Below the pieces are notes generated by a model that ran no database searches, was not told the DNA's origin, and saw only the letters and a list, made by a program, of their open reading frames with translations. A stretch of 64,000 bases of DNA from Camelus dromedarius (taxonomy: Eukaryota), in contig NC_087436.1 in assembly GCF_036321535.1 (NCBI RefSeq), forward strand, positions 52,144,001 through 52,208,000. The letters are read 5' to 3'. Positions 40,840-54,559 of the stretch are shown piece by piece; position 1 is the first letter of the stretch, and each line of letters starts with the position of its first letter. A program made the translations under genes and the position numbers.

Positions 40840-43800
40840 GTAAATTGGCCAGTCCCCTTTCTGTTGTACCTGCAACAGACAAGGGCTCTGCTGGGTGTAT
40901 TCATTTTCTTTTTTTCTTTTTTTTCTTTTTTTTCTTTTTTTTTTTTTTTTTTTTGCTGTAGCTTGTACAGAGTGTGTGGGTGTTGGGCTAACAGTTGTGG
41001 CTCAGTATTAACCAAAAATGTTCTTGCTTTAAAGGGGAAAATGTCCTTTTCTGGTTTGTTTGTTTGTTTATTTTTTTTCCCTTAAAGCTATGTTTGACTT
41101 TGTATACAATGATCCTAGGATAATCACAGAAAACAAAAGGATTATTTATCTTGAACCATGTCGGGTGGGGGTTATGGCAGCCGTTTTGACAAATAATGGA
41201 TAAAACAATATTCTTGGAGCTGAACCATGTCCCTCCCTCAAATCACTTTCAGTCAGCGCTGAAACGAGAATAAAAATAGCTCTATGAAGTCTAGTCTTAA
41301 GAAATTTCTAGCAAAAAGAAAAAGCTCATTTGAATAGTGCTGCGTTGTAGTTCAACATTCATTTATGCCTCTAAAAAATATTCCGAGAGACAGCTGTGTA
41401 CGAGATAAACAGTTCTGCTAGTCTTATGAAATTTTAACCTCCTGGTATTTGTAGGACAGTTAGCACCAGCAAAATATTCTAAAGCGTTTGACAGTCTCTC
41501 GTGGCTGTGGAAGTGGCCAGTAACAAGCATAGTGAGTATTGAATCATCACTCAATTGGTTAATGTCTTACTGAGTGTCTGCGTTGCACCAGGCACTGTGC
41601 TAGGTGCTTCAGAAGAAGTGAGGAGGGCACACAACCGTGTCCTAGCACTGCTCTGGGATCACGCAGGGGACCCTCTAGCAATTGCTTTTGAATCGAGTGC
41701 TCTTTAAACGTATAGTTACGAGAGAACTGCCAATCAAAGTAGTTTTTAATATGATATGCACTGTACATTACCATCTGGAAATTTTAAAAAGCATAATTCG
41801 AAGTTCCCCTTTAAAACAAAATTCTTCAGTTGTATTTTGTTCTTGCAAGATAATGTTTTATCGTTCCCAAAATTGTATGATATGGTCCTTCGATATGCTA
41901 TAAAAAAGTGCTGCTTTAGACTGATTGGTACGTGATTTGGGTCCGGTAGCGGGAATGATGGCACTGTAAGAGAAAATACAACTGCTTCCTAAATAGCAGT
42001 GAATAAACTGCTATTTATGTGGGAATTCTCTATTCCTCTTGGCAAACTCTAATCTGCAGTGTGCATTCTTGTTGATAGTTTGGCTGTTTTCTGTGGTTTC
42101 TGTGACTCTGTGTTGTGTTAAGTATCCTACCAATGTAAATTGCTAATACCCATTGTCTGACCAGCAACTACAGCAGAGCACATTCTTCCAGACCAGGAGA
42201 GACAGAAACGATTAGACATGGAGCCCCATTCCGGACATAGCCATTGTTCTAGCTAGATTTAGAATCTCTCCGCTCCCCCCACCTATTGGCTTTTAAAAAC
42301 CTTAAACAACTTAAAAAAAAAAAGAGAGAGAGAGAGATTCCACTTTTTGCCATTTAAATTCGTAAAATTGCTTCATCAGTAATGATGACAAACTTATGTA
42401 TATTAATTATGATGAAATGAGGTTCACAGTAGTCTAGGAAAACAACAGAGTACTACTTTGGTCCCTCAAAATACTTGAGTTAGTTTTCAGAGTGGGTGCT
42501 CATTAGACAGCTCTATTATTTTGCAATTTATGATTGAATTAAAGAAGAATTAAGAAGCTTTGCTTTGGGCCTTGGTCTTTCCCCATTTCCCCATCTTCTT
42601 CCTCTCATAGTTGACTAATCACCATGATGCTAATCTTTAAAATGCAGGGGGGGAAACAAACTTTCTCATCGTTTAATGAGTTTGAAAGCAACTGTGTATA
42701 TCATTTAAGAATCTCATCCATACTAATGAAAGGCACTGCATATTTGTGTGGGAGTGGCTGGTAAAGTTTCAGCTTGAAACTGCTTTCCTTTTTTTTCCTC
42801 AAATAGGGTAGGAAGGCTAAGGGGACAATGCCATTGTCCTGCATCAGCCATGGAGATGCAGCCCAGTTCAGCATTGGTGACTGGCCCTTCAGTGTCTGGC
42901 TTGCACTTTCACAGGAAGTAAAGCGAAGTGATGTCATTGGCTCCCTATTCATGTACTTTGTTTTCAGCTCACTTGTTGGTGCACGTACTGAAGAAATTGT
43001 TAACGTTTCTCGCTCAAATGCCTTATCTATCTCTGGAGCACGCTAAGGTTACCAAAAAAAAAAAAAAAAATCAAATATCAATGCCCCTCCTTTGAGAAAT
43101 CCACGTTTTCATTGAATAAGGCCCAAACCATTCCCATTCGTTTTTGCTAAAAGTTGCAAAAAGCATTTTCCCTTTGCTATTCTTGAACCATCACTTGCAT
43201 CTCCATTGGTCTATTAAGCAAGAGTTTTTCTTTGATTTAGGCAGTAATGGACCAGATGAAAACCAGTTTGACCTGTTCCTTGCTGAAAGTCAAAGTGTTT
43301 CTTCTTAGGAATCTGGTCTTGATTTTTCTGAGTTTCTTTTACCTTGTCACCCACTCCCCATGCTTCCAAAGCTGAGTGGAGAAGCAAGAGTTTATCATTT
43401 CATTTTTTTTTTTCATGCCACTATTGAGTTGTTTGCCAAGAAAGTCTTTCTGGGATCCTGAGATGCCATGGAAATACCCCAAGTTTGTTCCTTTTATAGT
43501 TCCTTTTAGCTTCTGCTCTAAGCTCTTTACTAGATTTTTAGGTCTAGCTGCCTCAATGATTCTACTGAATTTGCCATTACTACTGCAATGGAATAGTAAA
43601 AGTAGGGCCATTTCCAGTCTGTCTAGGTTAGGGCGTTTGATGTAGTAATTATGCCAACAATGCGGCCAGTCGATGCTGGGTCTAGAGACCTGTCCCTGGT
43701 AGCAGCCTTTCCCTTTTAATACCCGCTTGGGATTTCGTTGAGCCAAACTTCCGAGAAGACAAGAGAAACGTTTGCATCTGACTAACTTGAAGAGGACATT

Positions 43801-44003
43801 TTGGTTGGCAAGAGACATTGGCTGTTACCAGACCTCTCGGTTATCTGCGGGTATGGTAAGGAGTCTGTCGTGTTGTGTTCAGGTCCCGTCACTTTGTTCT
43901 CCACTAAAGGATCCCCTCTCTCACTGCGAAATCTCTAACATCACCTGCTGCAGCCGCTGTGCCCTTTGTTTTCCCCTGGCTAACCGGATTTTTCTTTTTT
44001 TAA

Positions 44004-44216
<213 letters not shown>

Positions 44217-45736
44217 CCACTTCCTGTTCACTTTTTTTTTTTTTTTTGAGCCGCAGGGCATGATGGGGATTGCTACATATCAGCAGTTGGATGTTCTCGC
44301 CTCTGATGGTAGCTTGTTTGCTCTGGGGCCAGGTGTTGGATTCAGTTTACACTATCATTTAAAAAGAGGGAGAGAGATAATAAACTATATTTTGGTGGGG
44401 GTGGTGATTAAACACCTCTTTGGGGTATGCCTTTTAAAAATGCTTATAGAAGAAAAATTTAAAAAGAAAGCTAATGCTAGTATATACTGCAATGTTAGGG
44501 GAATGAACATGTTTTCCTACTGCGTTGGGGACTTCTAGATAGGTTAATGAAGGGTCTTTTATTATGTTACTGGACATGAAAACTTTGTCTAATTTCTTAC
44601 TCTATTGTACGTTTACAGTTGCAGCACTAAAAATGGATGACATCAAACATTTTTAACAAAATGATGTACAAACTAAATAAGGACTATTTATTGATAATGT
44701 TTTGCTACTCTTGTCAGACAATGGCTATAAAATGAATTAGGCAGTCTTAAAAAAAAAAAACAGAAAAAGAAAAAAAAAAAAGAATGTTGCAAATTTGTTA
44801 AAATGCCAAAAAGGACAGTTTAATTTTGTACAGATTATGCTTACCTCAGGTTTCTTTAGTGTGCTCGAATGCCTTTCTTTCCACATAACACTTACTACTT
44901 TGGCAATGAACTTCTTTTCTTTTCTTTAAGTTTTAAAAAACTGGAATAATTACGTCTATCTTTTTTTTTTTTTTTTTTTTTTTTTGCTCTTTATATTTAG
45001 GGGTTTTGTTGATCAATCAAGTCTTGGTTGTGGCTTGCTGAATTAAATATTTATGAGTGGTGCATTTTTAAGTATAGTAAACAAGACACCATATTAAGTA
45101 CAGTGATAAAGCATCTATATTCTGTAAAAAAAAAAAAAATCTGCCTATGCATGTTTTTTAAGAAAAAAAAAAAAATGGCTGTATCGGCCTGTATGGGACT
45201 GTAATGCGCTTAGTGGTCTGACATATACTGGAAATGTATGTATACTGGCGTACTTTATATTCTCTAAAATGCTTAATGCCTTTGAAATTTTGTAATCAAA
45301 AAAAGCTTTGAAAAAATCTAAAGGGGAGAGTATTCTTAAAAGTTTTTAACATAAGCTTGTCAGTGCACATATAGATGGTTAGCATGTTTAGCAAACCTTG
45401 TGAAATTTAAATAAGTTTGTAGTTACATGTGAAACTCTAAATGCATGGTAACTGTTAACGTCATAACAGTTTAGTTATTTTGTTCTGTTCTGTCATGTGC
45501 CACAAAATATGTACTTTTTTCACTTTTTTCCCTTTGTATATCAGTTACGGGTTACAACTGGTTCATTCTGAAAACAACAACAAAAGTCCATTCATATTTT
45601 TTAACAATTGTATAAGTGCCCAAGTAATTCACTACAGCCTAAAGCCTTGCCTTTGTAATTTGACTTCTGAAATGTTGGCAATCAAAGCATGCACTTGTAA
45701 CAATGAAAAAAGAAAAAGCATTTTATATTACTACTC

Positions 45737-45742
45737 AATAAA
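45737..45742 (+). terminator. Proximal poly(A) signal AATAAA
   Basis: ctactcAATAAAatgtgc, preceded by TGTA motifs and U-rich sequence. Confidence 0.65.
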
Positions 45743-46264
45743 ATGTGCATGAACTTAAATAACTCTCATCCTTTCCCTGAGTCTGCTGAAGGGATTCACG
45801 TGCACAACCACCACGCTGTCTTCTAGGTGCTGGGCCCACCACCACGCATCACCGATTTCCTTTAACCGGCTTCTCTGGGGGCCTCGTGAGCTAAGGTGTG
45901 GTGCCTACTTCCGCTGTAAGAATCTTGGTGGATTTGTGTCTGCAATCAGACAAGAGAAATATATTTAAAGAGCAAATGCCATCTTCTGGCTCCCTTGAAT
46001 TTGGGAGCCAGTTAAGATACCAGAGCATTCCTTTTTATTGAAAACAAAATTGTTATCAGGTTGTTTCAGTTGTATCAGATGCCCTATCTGCTAAATCAAA
46101 ATTAACTAAGCTACTAAGTGCGTTCAGAAGAGAGTTGCATTTGTATTGATATGAAATTTGTATACCGGCACTTCAGCTAATATCTAATCACCTGAAGAGT
46201 TAAGATACACCAAATTTCAGTTTGTTTCTAACATTGTTCATTTTCAGTACCTTTTGTTTTGTGT

Positions 46265-46270
46265 AATAAA
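46265..46270 (+). terminator. Intermediate poly(A) signal AATAAA
   Basis: ttttgtgtAATAAAgtatg, with ATTAAA shortly downstream. Confidence 0.5.
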
Positions 46271-46630
46271 GTATGCCTGTTATATTAAATAATAAGAATA
46301 TGGCAATTAGTTACATAGTGTACCAAAACAAAGATGATCTAGATATATTCTCTGACAAAGACTATCCCAAATTTATTTTGATGAATTCAAACGTGTTTTT
46401 CCTGTGGATATTCTTCCATCCAAAAAAAACAATAAAACAAACAAACAAAAAACCCCAAGGAAAATATTTAGATGCAACTTATTAGAATGACATGAAAGAA
46501 ATGGTAATTCTGGTACCAAGGTGTTTATTTTCTTTCCTAAAACTGCAGAGAAAATATCCTGACAAAAAAAAAATTCATTTTTTTGGATTCGTTTCTTTTA
46601 CAAATTGTGCTGAGGCAACTATGGCATAGA

Positions 46631-46650
46631 AATAAACATTTGACATTAAA
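46631..46650 (+). terminator. Distal poly(A) signals AATAAA and ATTAAA
   Basis: agaAATAAAcatttgacATTAAAata followed by GT/T-rich gttgatgtgagtattgcttggtcttttt. Confidence 0.75.
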
Positions 46651-46877
46651 ATAAGCAGTTGATGTGAGTATTGCTTGGTCTTTTTGCTCGGTAGTTAGGA
46701 AAGTAACAATGTATATTTTTGCATAATAATTCCATCTATCAAAAAAATCAATGTAAAACTGAAGTTATTTCTCTAAAAGCAGTGACATTGCCAGATCATC
46801 AGTTATTAGATCTACCTCCTTCACTTTCACAGAAACTTCTGAATTCTTAAGTTGCTTATTCCCATGAATCTTTGGTT

Positions 46878-46906
46878 CACACACACACACACACTCACAC
46901 ACACAT
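46878..46906. repeat. (CA)n microsatellite
   Basis: Directly visible. Confidence 0.85.
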
Positions 46907-48699
46907 AGATACAGCCTCGTGTCCCCTGCCCCTCTTCACCCATCCCCAAGGTGACTTACATCTCATGGGGTTCAAACTCAGTGCTAACTTATCTAGCTTT
47001 TCAAGGATTAAGAGCTAAATTTGACTGACCCTAGGTCTGCAGTTTTTCCTATCTAAAATATCTTCCACTTATATTCTTTTAAAATACTTTTTGAAGAAAA
47101 GAAAAAGTCTTCATACTCTAAACTTGTATGATGAGGGGAACAAAGTGGGGAGGGGAGGAACCTCTGTGGACAGAGACCATGGCTCTCCCTAGGATAGCAT
47201 ATCAGAGGGGAAGTGTCTTGCAGCGTGAGCCAGAGAGTGTCATGACGATGCTGAAGCCCCCAAATGAGCTTGTCCTGAAACACTTCTTCCCTTCCCACCA
47301 CCGCCACATCCATTTGAAACAATAAACTTGAGGACACATCCGTCTTTCTGCCTAGAAAACAGGTCCCTGATGTGAAGCCAGCCCCACAGGAGGGACAGTG
47401 GCAGTGACTTTGACGTCTCACACTTTTCTTGACTACTTCATGTCTCCCACTCACTGGACCCCTCTTATCACACTGTTGAGAAACAGGAACCTCTCAGCTT
47501 GCCTTGCCTACCTACAATTTCTTCAAGACTGGAAGCCCCTTGAGTTGGATAAATCTGAGATCCTGAGACTAAAGAGAGGTCCTTTTCCCATGGTAGGTGA
47601 CCTTTTGCTTTATTCATTCCACAAACATGGAGCCTCTGCTATATTCCTCTCATTGTTCTAGGGTCTTATTTTTTCCACACACACACTCACAAAAAAAAGC
47701 CTGGCAGTCTTGACAGCCTGTCAATTTTCGATATGCTGCTAAATGTCAGTGCTCCGTCAAACATGAAGACAGTGCCTGGTTTAACACTGAGCTGCTTTGT
47801 AATGCCATTTTACTCTCTGTTTCAGGGATCTTCCTTTTGTATATAGTTGAAGGTAACACGAACCAGAAAAGCCCCTGATGAAAACTTTTCATGATATATT
47901 TTTTTTAATAATTGCATACATAGTAATGGGAGGCAAGAAGTAGCGAAAGAAATGTTGTATCTATTCCTGGTGATCACATTTTCAAGAGGTAACACTGGCA
48001 AATTGGAATGCATTTGGGAGTGTGGAGACCCAGCAGGGGAGAGGGTCTGCTTTAAGAACAGACTGAAGAAACCTAAAAGGTGAACAGAAAGAGACATAAT
48101 GGCTATTAACATTGAATTGGTTATTCCAAAAGACCTCACTTAAATCAGAACAATGCCTACTTATCATAAAAGTAGAAGCTGAGGCTGTGTAACTAGAGAA
48201 CAAACTGCAGGAGAATGTGGGTTCCTCCCCTTCACTGGAAGCATTAAAATCTAGGCAGACCCGACTCAGTGCCACAAGCGTCTTCGGAACGATGCTTTGT
48301 GGAGGGAGCTATTCTAAACATAGTAGAAGGAGCTCTCCTCGAAGATCATATTGAAGTTACCCTTCAATAGTAATTGTCCAGATATCCATTTACCTGTTCA
48401 GTCTCTCGGGAGGATAGAACTTTGATTTGCGAACTGTTCCCTGGAACACTGTGTTTACAGGGATGTTGTCACGGGGCTGAGCTTTCTGCATCAACCAGAA
48501 CAGCACTTTTGCACATTGCAGTCTATGGAAGATGTCAGTTGAGAAGAGTCTTCAACTGAATTAACAAAGCTCAAAACTATTATATAATATTAGCTCGGAA
48601 CAAATTTGACCTAAACTCCCATCTTAAGGCACACTTGTCAAGTTGTATTTTGAAATCATTTTACACCAAGTGCTGGGGACATCTAAGTTTCTTGCCAAC

Positions 48700-49095
48700 A
48701 TCTCCACATTGTCTATGAGACTAAGTCCAACATCTTCAAGGTGGCATGTAAGTCTGTTCACGATCTAAATCTTGCCAGTCCATCTACCCCCACTTTCCCC
48801 ATGAGCTTCAACCAGGCCAGACATTTAACAAGCTCAGAAAACACCAGGTTTCCTTAAGCCTTGGGATCTTTATTCGTACATCTTCAATGTGGAATAACCT
48901 TCCCTTTGCAGATGTCAATTTTGCCTTAAGTACTTGGACCAGGCATTTCTTCCTAAATGCGTAATATCCTGAACTACCTCTGTGTCAACATTTAATGTGT
49001 TGTGTAATTGTTCGTCTTCACCAGGCACTTCAGTAAGAATTGTTGCTTTTCTTTGTCTTCTCAGCATGTAACAGTGCCTGGCACCTCAATAAAGC
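48700..49095 (+). mobile_element. L2 3' fragment
   Basis: Ends with aacagtgcctggcacctcaataaa, resembling the L2 3' terminus. Confidence 0.6.
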
Positions 49096-52000
49096 TACAG
49101 AAAGAAATAATAGCACAAGCATAGTATTTAAAACTATAGAGGTATGTAGCGGAGTAAACAGCTAATAGTTAAGAATTATCTCTAAGGAGCAGGTATGGAG
49201 GACTGGAAGATGATAACACAGTGTAGCAAGATTGCTTATGTGGAAAGCCTTTTAGCAGTACTTGAATGTTGAAAGCCCTGCACATGTTTTAATTGGATAT
49301 TTTTAAAAGAATGATCAAAAGCCAAAATAGCAAAATATCCTTTTATCCTCCCCAAAATTTTGCTAATGCCATAATTAGTGATATTTTTCTAGAAAGCTCA
49401 AAATTGTGTCAAGGCAAATATTCTCAAAAAAGAACTGTGATGGGTACGTTCAGTGACAGGAAAAAGTGGGGCTTAAAGTGATTAAGGTCCTTATTTGTGT
49501 TATATATTATGTTTCTGTTTTCTAAAAAACTTAACAAAAATCAGATACTAATAACAACAAAAAAATGCTTGTTATGAAAAAGAGGACACTGGGTCTGAAG
49601 GAGTTACAAATCCCTATTTCAAGTCCAGTAATAGTTTCTGAAATGCTGCTTCCATTTAAGGGATCAGTGGTCGGAGGCAGCCTGGTACGAACCGTTTACC
49701 CAAGCCTAGGAAAGTTCATGTACACAAGTCCACGGGAAACACACACAATAAAGTCTTTGAGAATTAGAAGACAAACATTAGCTTTTTAATGTCTCGTTCT
49801 GACATTTGCTCAATTTAAGAGGAGAGAGTCTTCAGGGGCAATGGTTCTCCAGTTATGCCAACTTTCAATTACTTCCAAGCAACCAATTACATGATCTATT
49901 TCTTTAAAAGATAAAGTTTTGACCTGACCTCCTTGGCTAAATCAGAAGACCAGACTTTCTTGCCAATATGCAGACATTTTCCATTTTAGAAATGAAATGG
50001 AAAGCTGTATTACACCTGACCTCTTTTCCCATCACAAACCAGGCCATCTGTGCTGAAACTTTTTTCCCCTCGGTTTTAATTTCTTTTCCAATATTCTTTT
50101 TCTCCTGTAAAGAACATTTCCACTTGAAACCCTCTCAAACCCTATCCTAAGGCAAAACTGATGCTTTGGGGAACGTGCTGAAAAGGTGGTTGATTAATTT
50201 CATACCAAATGCTTTTGACCTCCTATTACCAAGGCTTTTTTGCAAGGAGTAGATATTGTGTGTAAATTAAGCCACTTTTGTCAATAGAGATTGTAGCCGA
50301 AAAAAAAACAGATGGAACGTTGCTGGGTTTAATTTAGCACAGAAGCCTAACTTCTCATCTATGACTTGTTTTATAGCCACAGTGATTAAACCCATTTCCT
50401 CAAGCTTGTTGGTTCTTGAAAGAAAGACTATGAAAAATAATTATTCTACCGCACTTAGGAAGTCACCTGAAAACACTGAGCTAATTGTTCTTGTTCCTAG
50501 ATGCTTACCCCAAATCAAACATTTTTATGCTCTTCTAGGTCTGTTGAGGTCCACTTCCTTGGGTTGCTCTCAGTCCATCCTCCCCATAACTCTGCCCCAT
50601 CCAGTCCTTATCGGTCATTCACACTCCAGACTCAGACTTTCTATATGTCACCTGTTTCCAGCATCAAGCTGACACAATATTGTGTTCTTTTGTCATTCCC
50701 TTTTTTTTGTTGTTGTTCTTAATAATATTTATATGGTCATTCCCACATTTTTGTTAATAAACATAGCACAACATTTTTGGCTACCACAATTTTGGGTCCA
50801 ATTACAGACAAGTAACTTAGAAGGCAGAATTGCTGAAGTGTCCAAGTATGAGTAGACCCCATTCTAATTATTAGAAAAATTTGATTCCTGGAGACATGCA
50901 AAGCAATATGAAAATGGGACTCTAGGTCTAAAACTTTGCCTTCTAATCTCACTGCTCTGACGGAGAGACTGGAGCAAATTTTGGCAGTGACGTAGAATAT
51001 GTCCTTGGAAATAGAAATTGAAAAAGTGGTTAATTCTTAGCAAATTTATAGCAAAAATGTACAGTCAGAAGCCACAGCACCTTGTCTTAGATATATGTTG
51101 TTTAATCTGAGCCTTGGAGGAACAAGTCATTGCAGTTTCCATACACATTTTGGAGGCTTTAACTTGGCTTCTTCAACATTTATCAATGGTTTCACAGTCC
51201 CATCCCACTCAAACACAATCTTTCAGCCCTCACTATCAAAACACAGCAACATCCTCCCTCACCTTGACCTTCATTCTCCATCATAGGCCCTCCTGTGGCC
51301 TTCTCGTGGTTTCTCGATGTCATTCCCTCAAAGTGCCTCTCTCCAGTTGACACTGTATATTTAAAAAGTCATTTTAAAAAATAGCCACTATCTATTTCAA
51401 ATCGAACCCCTGTGCTTCCAAATCAAATTTTACTTTGATTAAGCTGATACACAAATCGGAGGTGGTTGCCAGAGTTCAATAAACACATTCACTTCCAAGC
51501 TATTTAAAGAAAATCCATCTGTTCCTGGAACAAGGTGCTCATTATATACCAGTTGAATGAATGAAAAAATGAAGGAATGGTAAGTAATCTCCTGCCATCT
51601 GGGAGATATATGACATACTAGAAACAAGTTATAATTTATTCCTTAGAAATCTGAGTTTGGATATAACCTGGAGCAAGTGATGGGACCCATATTGCAATAA
51701 ATAAAAGAGACATTTAAGGATGCGAACCCTCTTTGAAAGAAGGCAGTGCTGATGGTCTTGCGTCCTGCTTGTCAAACGTTGTAAGAAAGCATAAAATGAC
51801 AGAGAAATACCAGACAAGATTAACCACAGGCTAGGAAGAAATATGGGTAGAAGGAATATGAGAGGAAATAGTGGAATCTGATCAAAAATAAGGCATAAAA
51901 ATAAATAATAAACCCAAATGCAGAGAGTTTACCTGAAGATCAGAGTTGTAACCAGTAGTCTGTGAGCAGCTGAAAAATCCAGATCACCAGGAGTTTCCAT

Positions 52001-53186
52001 TGTGAACTAAATGTATAACTTGGAGGCAATGATCACTTTGTAGAAGTCATCAAAGGGCATTGACAGTGGGGTAAGAGACACAGGGTAGATTGTTGGACTC
52101 CAAAAGATGTCCTTAACTTGGAGGCTAGTGCTCCTCTCACCTCTCATCCACCCACCCAAACACAGACATACAGACACACACACACAGGTGCACACAATCC
52201 ACTGATAGCGTTGGAGAAAGAGTACTTGAATCAGAGAAGCTGAACTAAAATTACTTGTTGACATTTGGTCCAATTAGGAAGGTCCGCATCATTTTACAGG
52301 GCAAGTTGCACAGGGGTTTTACTTTCTGAGTTTAATGAAAAACAAGCGGACCTAAATCTCTGTAGGATTTCTATGATTCTCAGAACAAACCTGAAGCAAC
52401 AGTTAAGAACACAAAAAGACATTTTAAATGAGAGGGAATAAGAAATGATGGAGGAAATAATGCTCTCATCAGAGTTTAGGGGAAAACTAGGTTAGACATG
52501 GAAGATGATGTAGTCTCGGCATTAACTAGCTCATAGTTATTTCCATGTTAGGCTTGGAAATTGCCTCAAGAACCAGCCAACTAATTGGTTTAGCAAAATT
52601 ATCTTCTCTTGACCGAAGTGGAAACACACTGTTTTACATTTTTATAGTGTGAAAAGGAGACAGATCCAACTACATCTCTACAGATAAATTTATAAATATA
52701 AGTGAGACGTCTATGTATACATACTAACTCTACTTGCTAAATATTCAGGCAGTAGGGAAACTAAGAAGGCAATTAAAGGTTTATTAAGATGTTTTTATAA
52801 GTATAGTCATCCACCCTTAAAAATACTATTTTGTTCAGTTTGAAAAACAATTTTCCTAGCCCAGAAAAGCGTTCTATTCCACACTCATATTCAACAGCAA
52901 TTGGCAGAAGCTGGATTCCTGAGTAGTATTTATGCAGTTCCAAGAGGGGTGCATGTTATTTTTTAAAATTATGAATAAGGAATGGGTTTTCTTTTGCCTC
53001 ATCTTAACTAATTTATTTTTTTAGCCAGGGATTTCTTCGCTCAAGTGATTATTTTGGGCTCTGGAGATAAAACGGTAGATGAAATAGCCATTATTCTTGC
53101 TCTTGTGGGCATTTGGTAAAACAAACAAAGTTAAATCCAGTCGCCTTCAGTAAATCAGGCATTAACTACATCAAAGGAGTGAATGG

Positions 53187-53631
53187 TGTTTCAGTTTGTG
53201 TTTCCCAAAAGCAGAGCCAGAAATAAGGCTTAGGATGCTGGTAGCTCATCCCAGGAAGCAGGAGTGAGGGAATAGTGAGGCTGAGACTGAAAGATTGCTG
53301 ATGGATGCCATGCTGGCTTGATGTACACAATGCTTCCAAGACCTGCGGCCTTGAAAGCTGAGAGATGGGAGTATTTATCCACCCACTGCCATTGTTTGAG
53401 GACTGCCCCTGGGAACATGAACTCTCCAAGATTCTTGCTCTGTGTTTTCATGTGGGTCACAAGAGTTTCTGCTGTGTCTAAGAAGGACACAAGGCAGAAT
53501 GCAGAAGGACATCTGTTTGCTTGGGGACTGACACTTAGGTGAGCCTATGGGCAAAGAGAACTGGCCACGGCAGGTGAAACAAAAGAGCCGAGTTGAGGGG
53601 ATTTTGACAGAGGCTCCAGGCATCAACTACA
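53187..53631 (-). mobile_element. Solo LTR, ERVL-MaLR (MLT1-type)
   Basis: TG...CA ends with 5-bp TSD AATGG (53182-53186, 53632-53636); tgtttcagtttgtgtttcccaaaagcagagcc resembles an MLT1 terminus. Confidence 0.82.
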
Positions 53632-54559
53632 AATGGCATTCTAAGACTGCCTTTCCTGATGCTGAACAAAAGCTTCAGGATTCAAGTCTCCAAGGGGGAA
53701 AAAAAATCAGAAGAATGTAAATCTGCACAGCTGATCTTATAAAACTTGTCTGGAGAGGAGCCCAGTCCCCAAATCATTTCTCTCTATTAGTCATTTCCAA
53801 CTTGGGAAATACCCTGGCGACATCCAATTTAAATATTTTGGTCCATAAGGCTTTCTTCCTTCCCTGCCTTAACCCCACATTCCCATGGCCTTATGTTGTT
53901 TGAAGAGGAATCGACACTATGATAAAGGAAACACATAGGCACAAAGTTGCAGATGGAAGAGAACAGACTGATCGCACAAGCTTTGCCAAAGGAACAAGCA
54001 GGGACTATTTTTATCTCCAAGAGTTATGCTCTCATTTGTATCTGAAGAGTGTGTTCTAACTTATCCCCAGCACAACAGAGTGCTGTTTCTCCCTGAATAG
54101 CAGTGATGGACTTACTTTCCTCATTCCATACCTTACCCTGGAGGCTTTCTGGCCAGTAGCAAGAATTTGCAGTAAGTGGCATAGATGAGAATAGTAGTCC
54201 ATGCTTTGAGGACCGAGTTCACAATTTGATGTATTCTTCTTTACAAGTGCCAGTATGATTAAAATAGTTCACAATAATATTTACAACTTACTTACTGTGG
54301 AAAAATGTTAGGAACTGGCAAGTAAGGGGAAGGATATTTGGGAGTCTATTGTGTTATTTTTACAACTTTTCCGTGAGTTTAAGGTTTTTTTCCCCAAAAT
54401 TACATGTTAACAAACATTGCATGATATATACCTACATAAGAAATATGTGACTGATGAAATAGGGTAAAAAATGTAAATAAATGAGATTAAATTAAGAAAT
54501 ATGACTGCCCAAAACAGATAAACAGGTTTTGTATACAACCTTACAGATTTTTTTATGAT

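Larger units (their letters stand above)
44217..46655 (+). other. PPP3CA: PPP3CA 3' UTR (long form, ~2.4 kb)
   Basis: Follows the stop; A/U-tract rich with no obvious interspersed repeats; ends after AATAAA 46631-46636 and ATTAAA 46645-46650, with GT-rich sequence downstream. Exact cleavage site is inferred. Confidence 0.8.

Noticed and set aside
40600..41085. 161-aa ORF over exon 13
   Set aside because: Different frame from the microexon and driven by T tracts; no recognisable protein.
43339..43818. 159-aa minus-strand ORF
   Set aside because: Antisense intronic, with no recognisable domain or exon structure.
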